The notes under the pieces: generated by a model
Database searches by the model: none
What the model saw: only the letters and a program-made list of their open reading frames with translations
Told to the model about the DNA's origin: nothing
In this document: positions 63,298 to 64,000 of the stretch, piece after piece
Layout: each line of letters starts with the position of its first letter
How positions within the stretch are numbered: position 1 is the first letter of the stretch
Assembly: GCA_002633005.1 (NCBI GenBank)
Contig: NMRA01000165.1
Location: 310,600-374,599 of the forward strand
Length of the DNA: 64,000 bases
Source: Phoronis australis
Lineage: Eukaryota; Animalia; Phoronida
Direction: 5' to 3'
Made by a program: the position numbers and the translations under genes

Positions 63298-64000
63298 GTC
63301 ACTGGAGCTAATGGATCAGAGATTCGGCTTCGGTTTGAAATTAGTCCTTTGGACACGCGTACGATTCCAAGTCAAAGTGATATAAAGAGCGTTGGGACTC
63401 AAACTTCTGAAACTGTCTTTGACCATTACATGAACCGGCGACCGCCGGGGCCCCTGCGGAGCACTGATGACGGCCGGGACGGTTTCCGGGGCGAGTTTTA
63501 AACCCACAGTTTGCTTAGATTTTTCTTGCCTTACCTCGGTTGTACTGTCCAAGAAGTGTAAAAACGTGCATATTAACATATGGTGTCTATTTGGTCTATT
63601 TGGTTCAATGTTGTCTGTTTACAAAGATCAGCGAAAAATTTAGGTGGGTTTCCCTCGCGACTCCGGGATTACCTGACACCAGGAAGAGATAACCAGGAAG
63701 GGACAACTGTTTTAGCGCATTTTAACGTATTTTCAAAGGTGATTTCAAAAGTAAATGTTAAAGTAGTCTGGAATCCAAGCATTGTGTTTGAAAGCTTAAC
63801 TCTTTAGCTATAAAATGACACCACTTTTGTCCCCAAAGACTTCATATTAATGGCACTGGGATGCTTTGAACATGACTTGTTTTACCCTTCCAAAAGATGC
63901 CTCTTCCCAGGCATGTACTCGGGCACGATCCTCTTTTTTGAACCAACAGATGTCACTAATATATGCAAATGAGGCTCGCATCGTCTACGTCATACGACGT

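Overview
AT-rich, spliced (GT-AG) genomic DNA from an animal, most likely an invertebrate, with two N gaps and two single-N joins; it is not prokaryotic. I reconstructed five genes by hand with consistent exon phases. (1) A 7-exon HUNK/CAMKL-like kinase on the minus strand (7540 to <1) whose catalytic motifs are lost (HRD to HRR, DFG to GFR), so a candidate pseudokinase. (2) A 248-aa orphan ORF (11727-12473, +). (3) A 10-exon, 483-aa SLC15A4-like POT transporter (19680-32295, +) that keeps a lysosomal-type dileucine signal but has lost the proton-coupling residues. (4) A ~393-aa orphan single-pass membrane protein (42130-39151, -). (5) A divergent 4-exon, 686-aa cationic amino acid transporter (SLC7 CAT-like, 57789-61683, +). 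Mobile DNA includes a decayed RTE-X-like LINE, a Kolobok-like element with TTAA TSD, four related CAG-terminated MITEs with 5-bp TSDs, an intronic THAP fragment and several foldback MITEs. The 2.2-kb tandem duplication at 12.9-17.3 kb is most likely a haplotype assembly artefact. Family assignments come from motifs recalled from known families, not from database searches.
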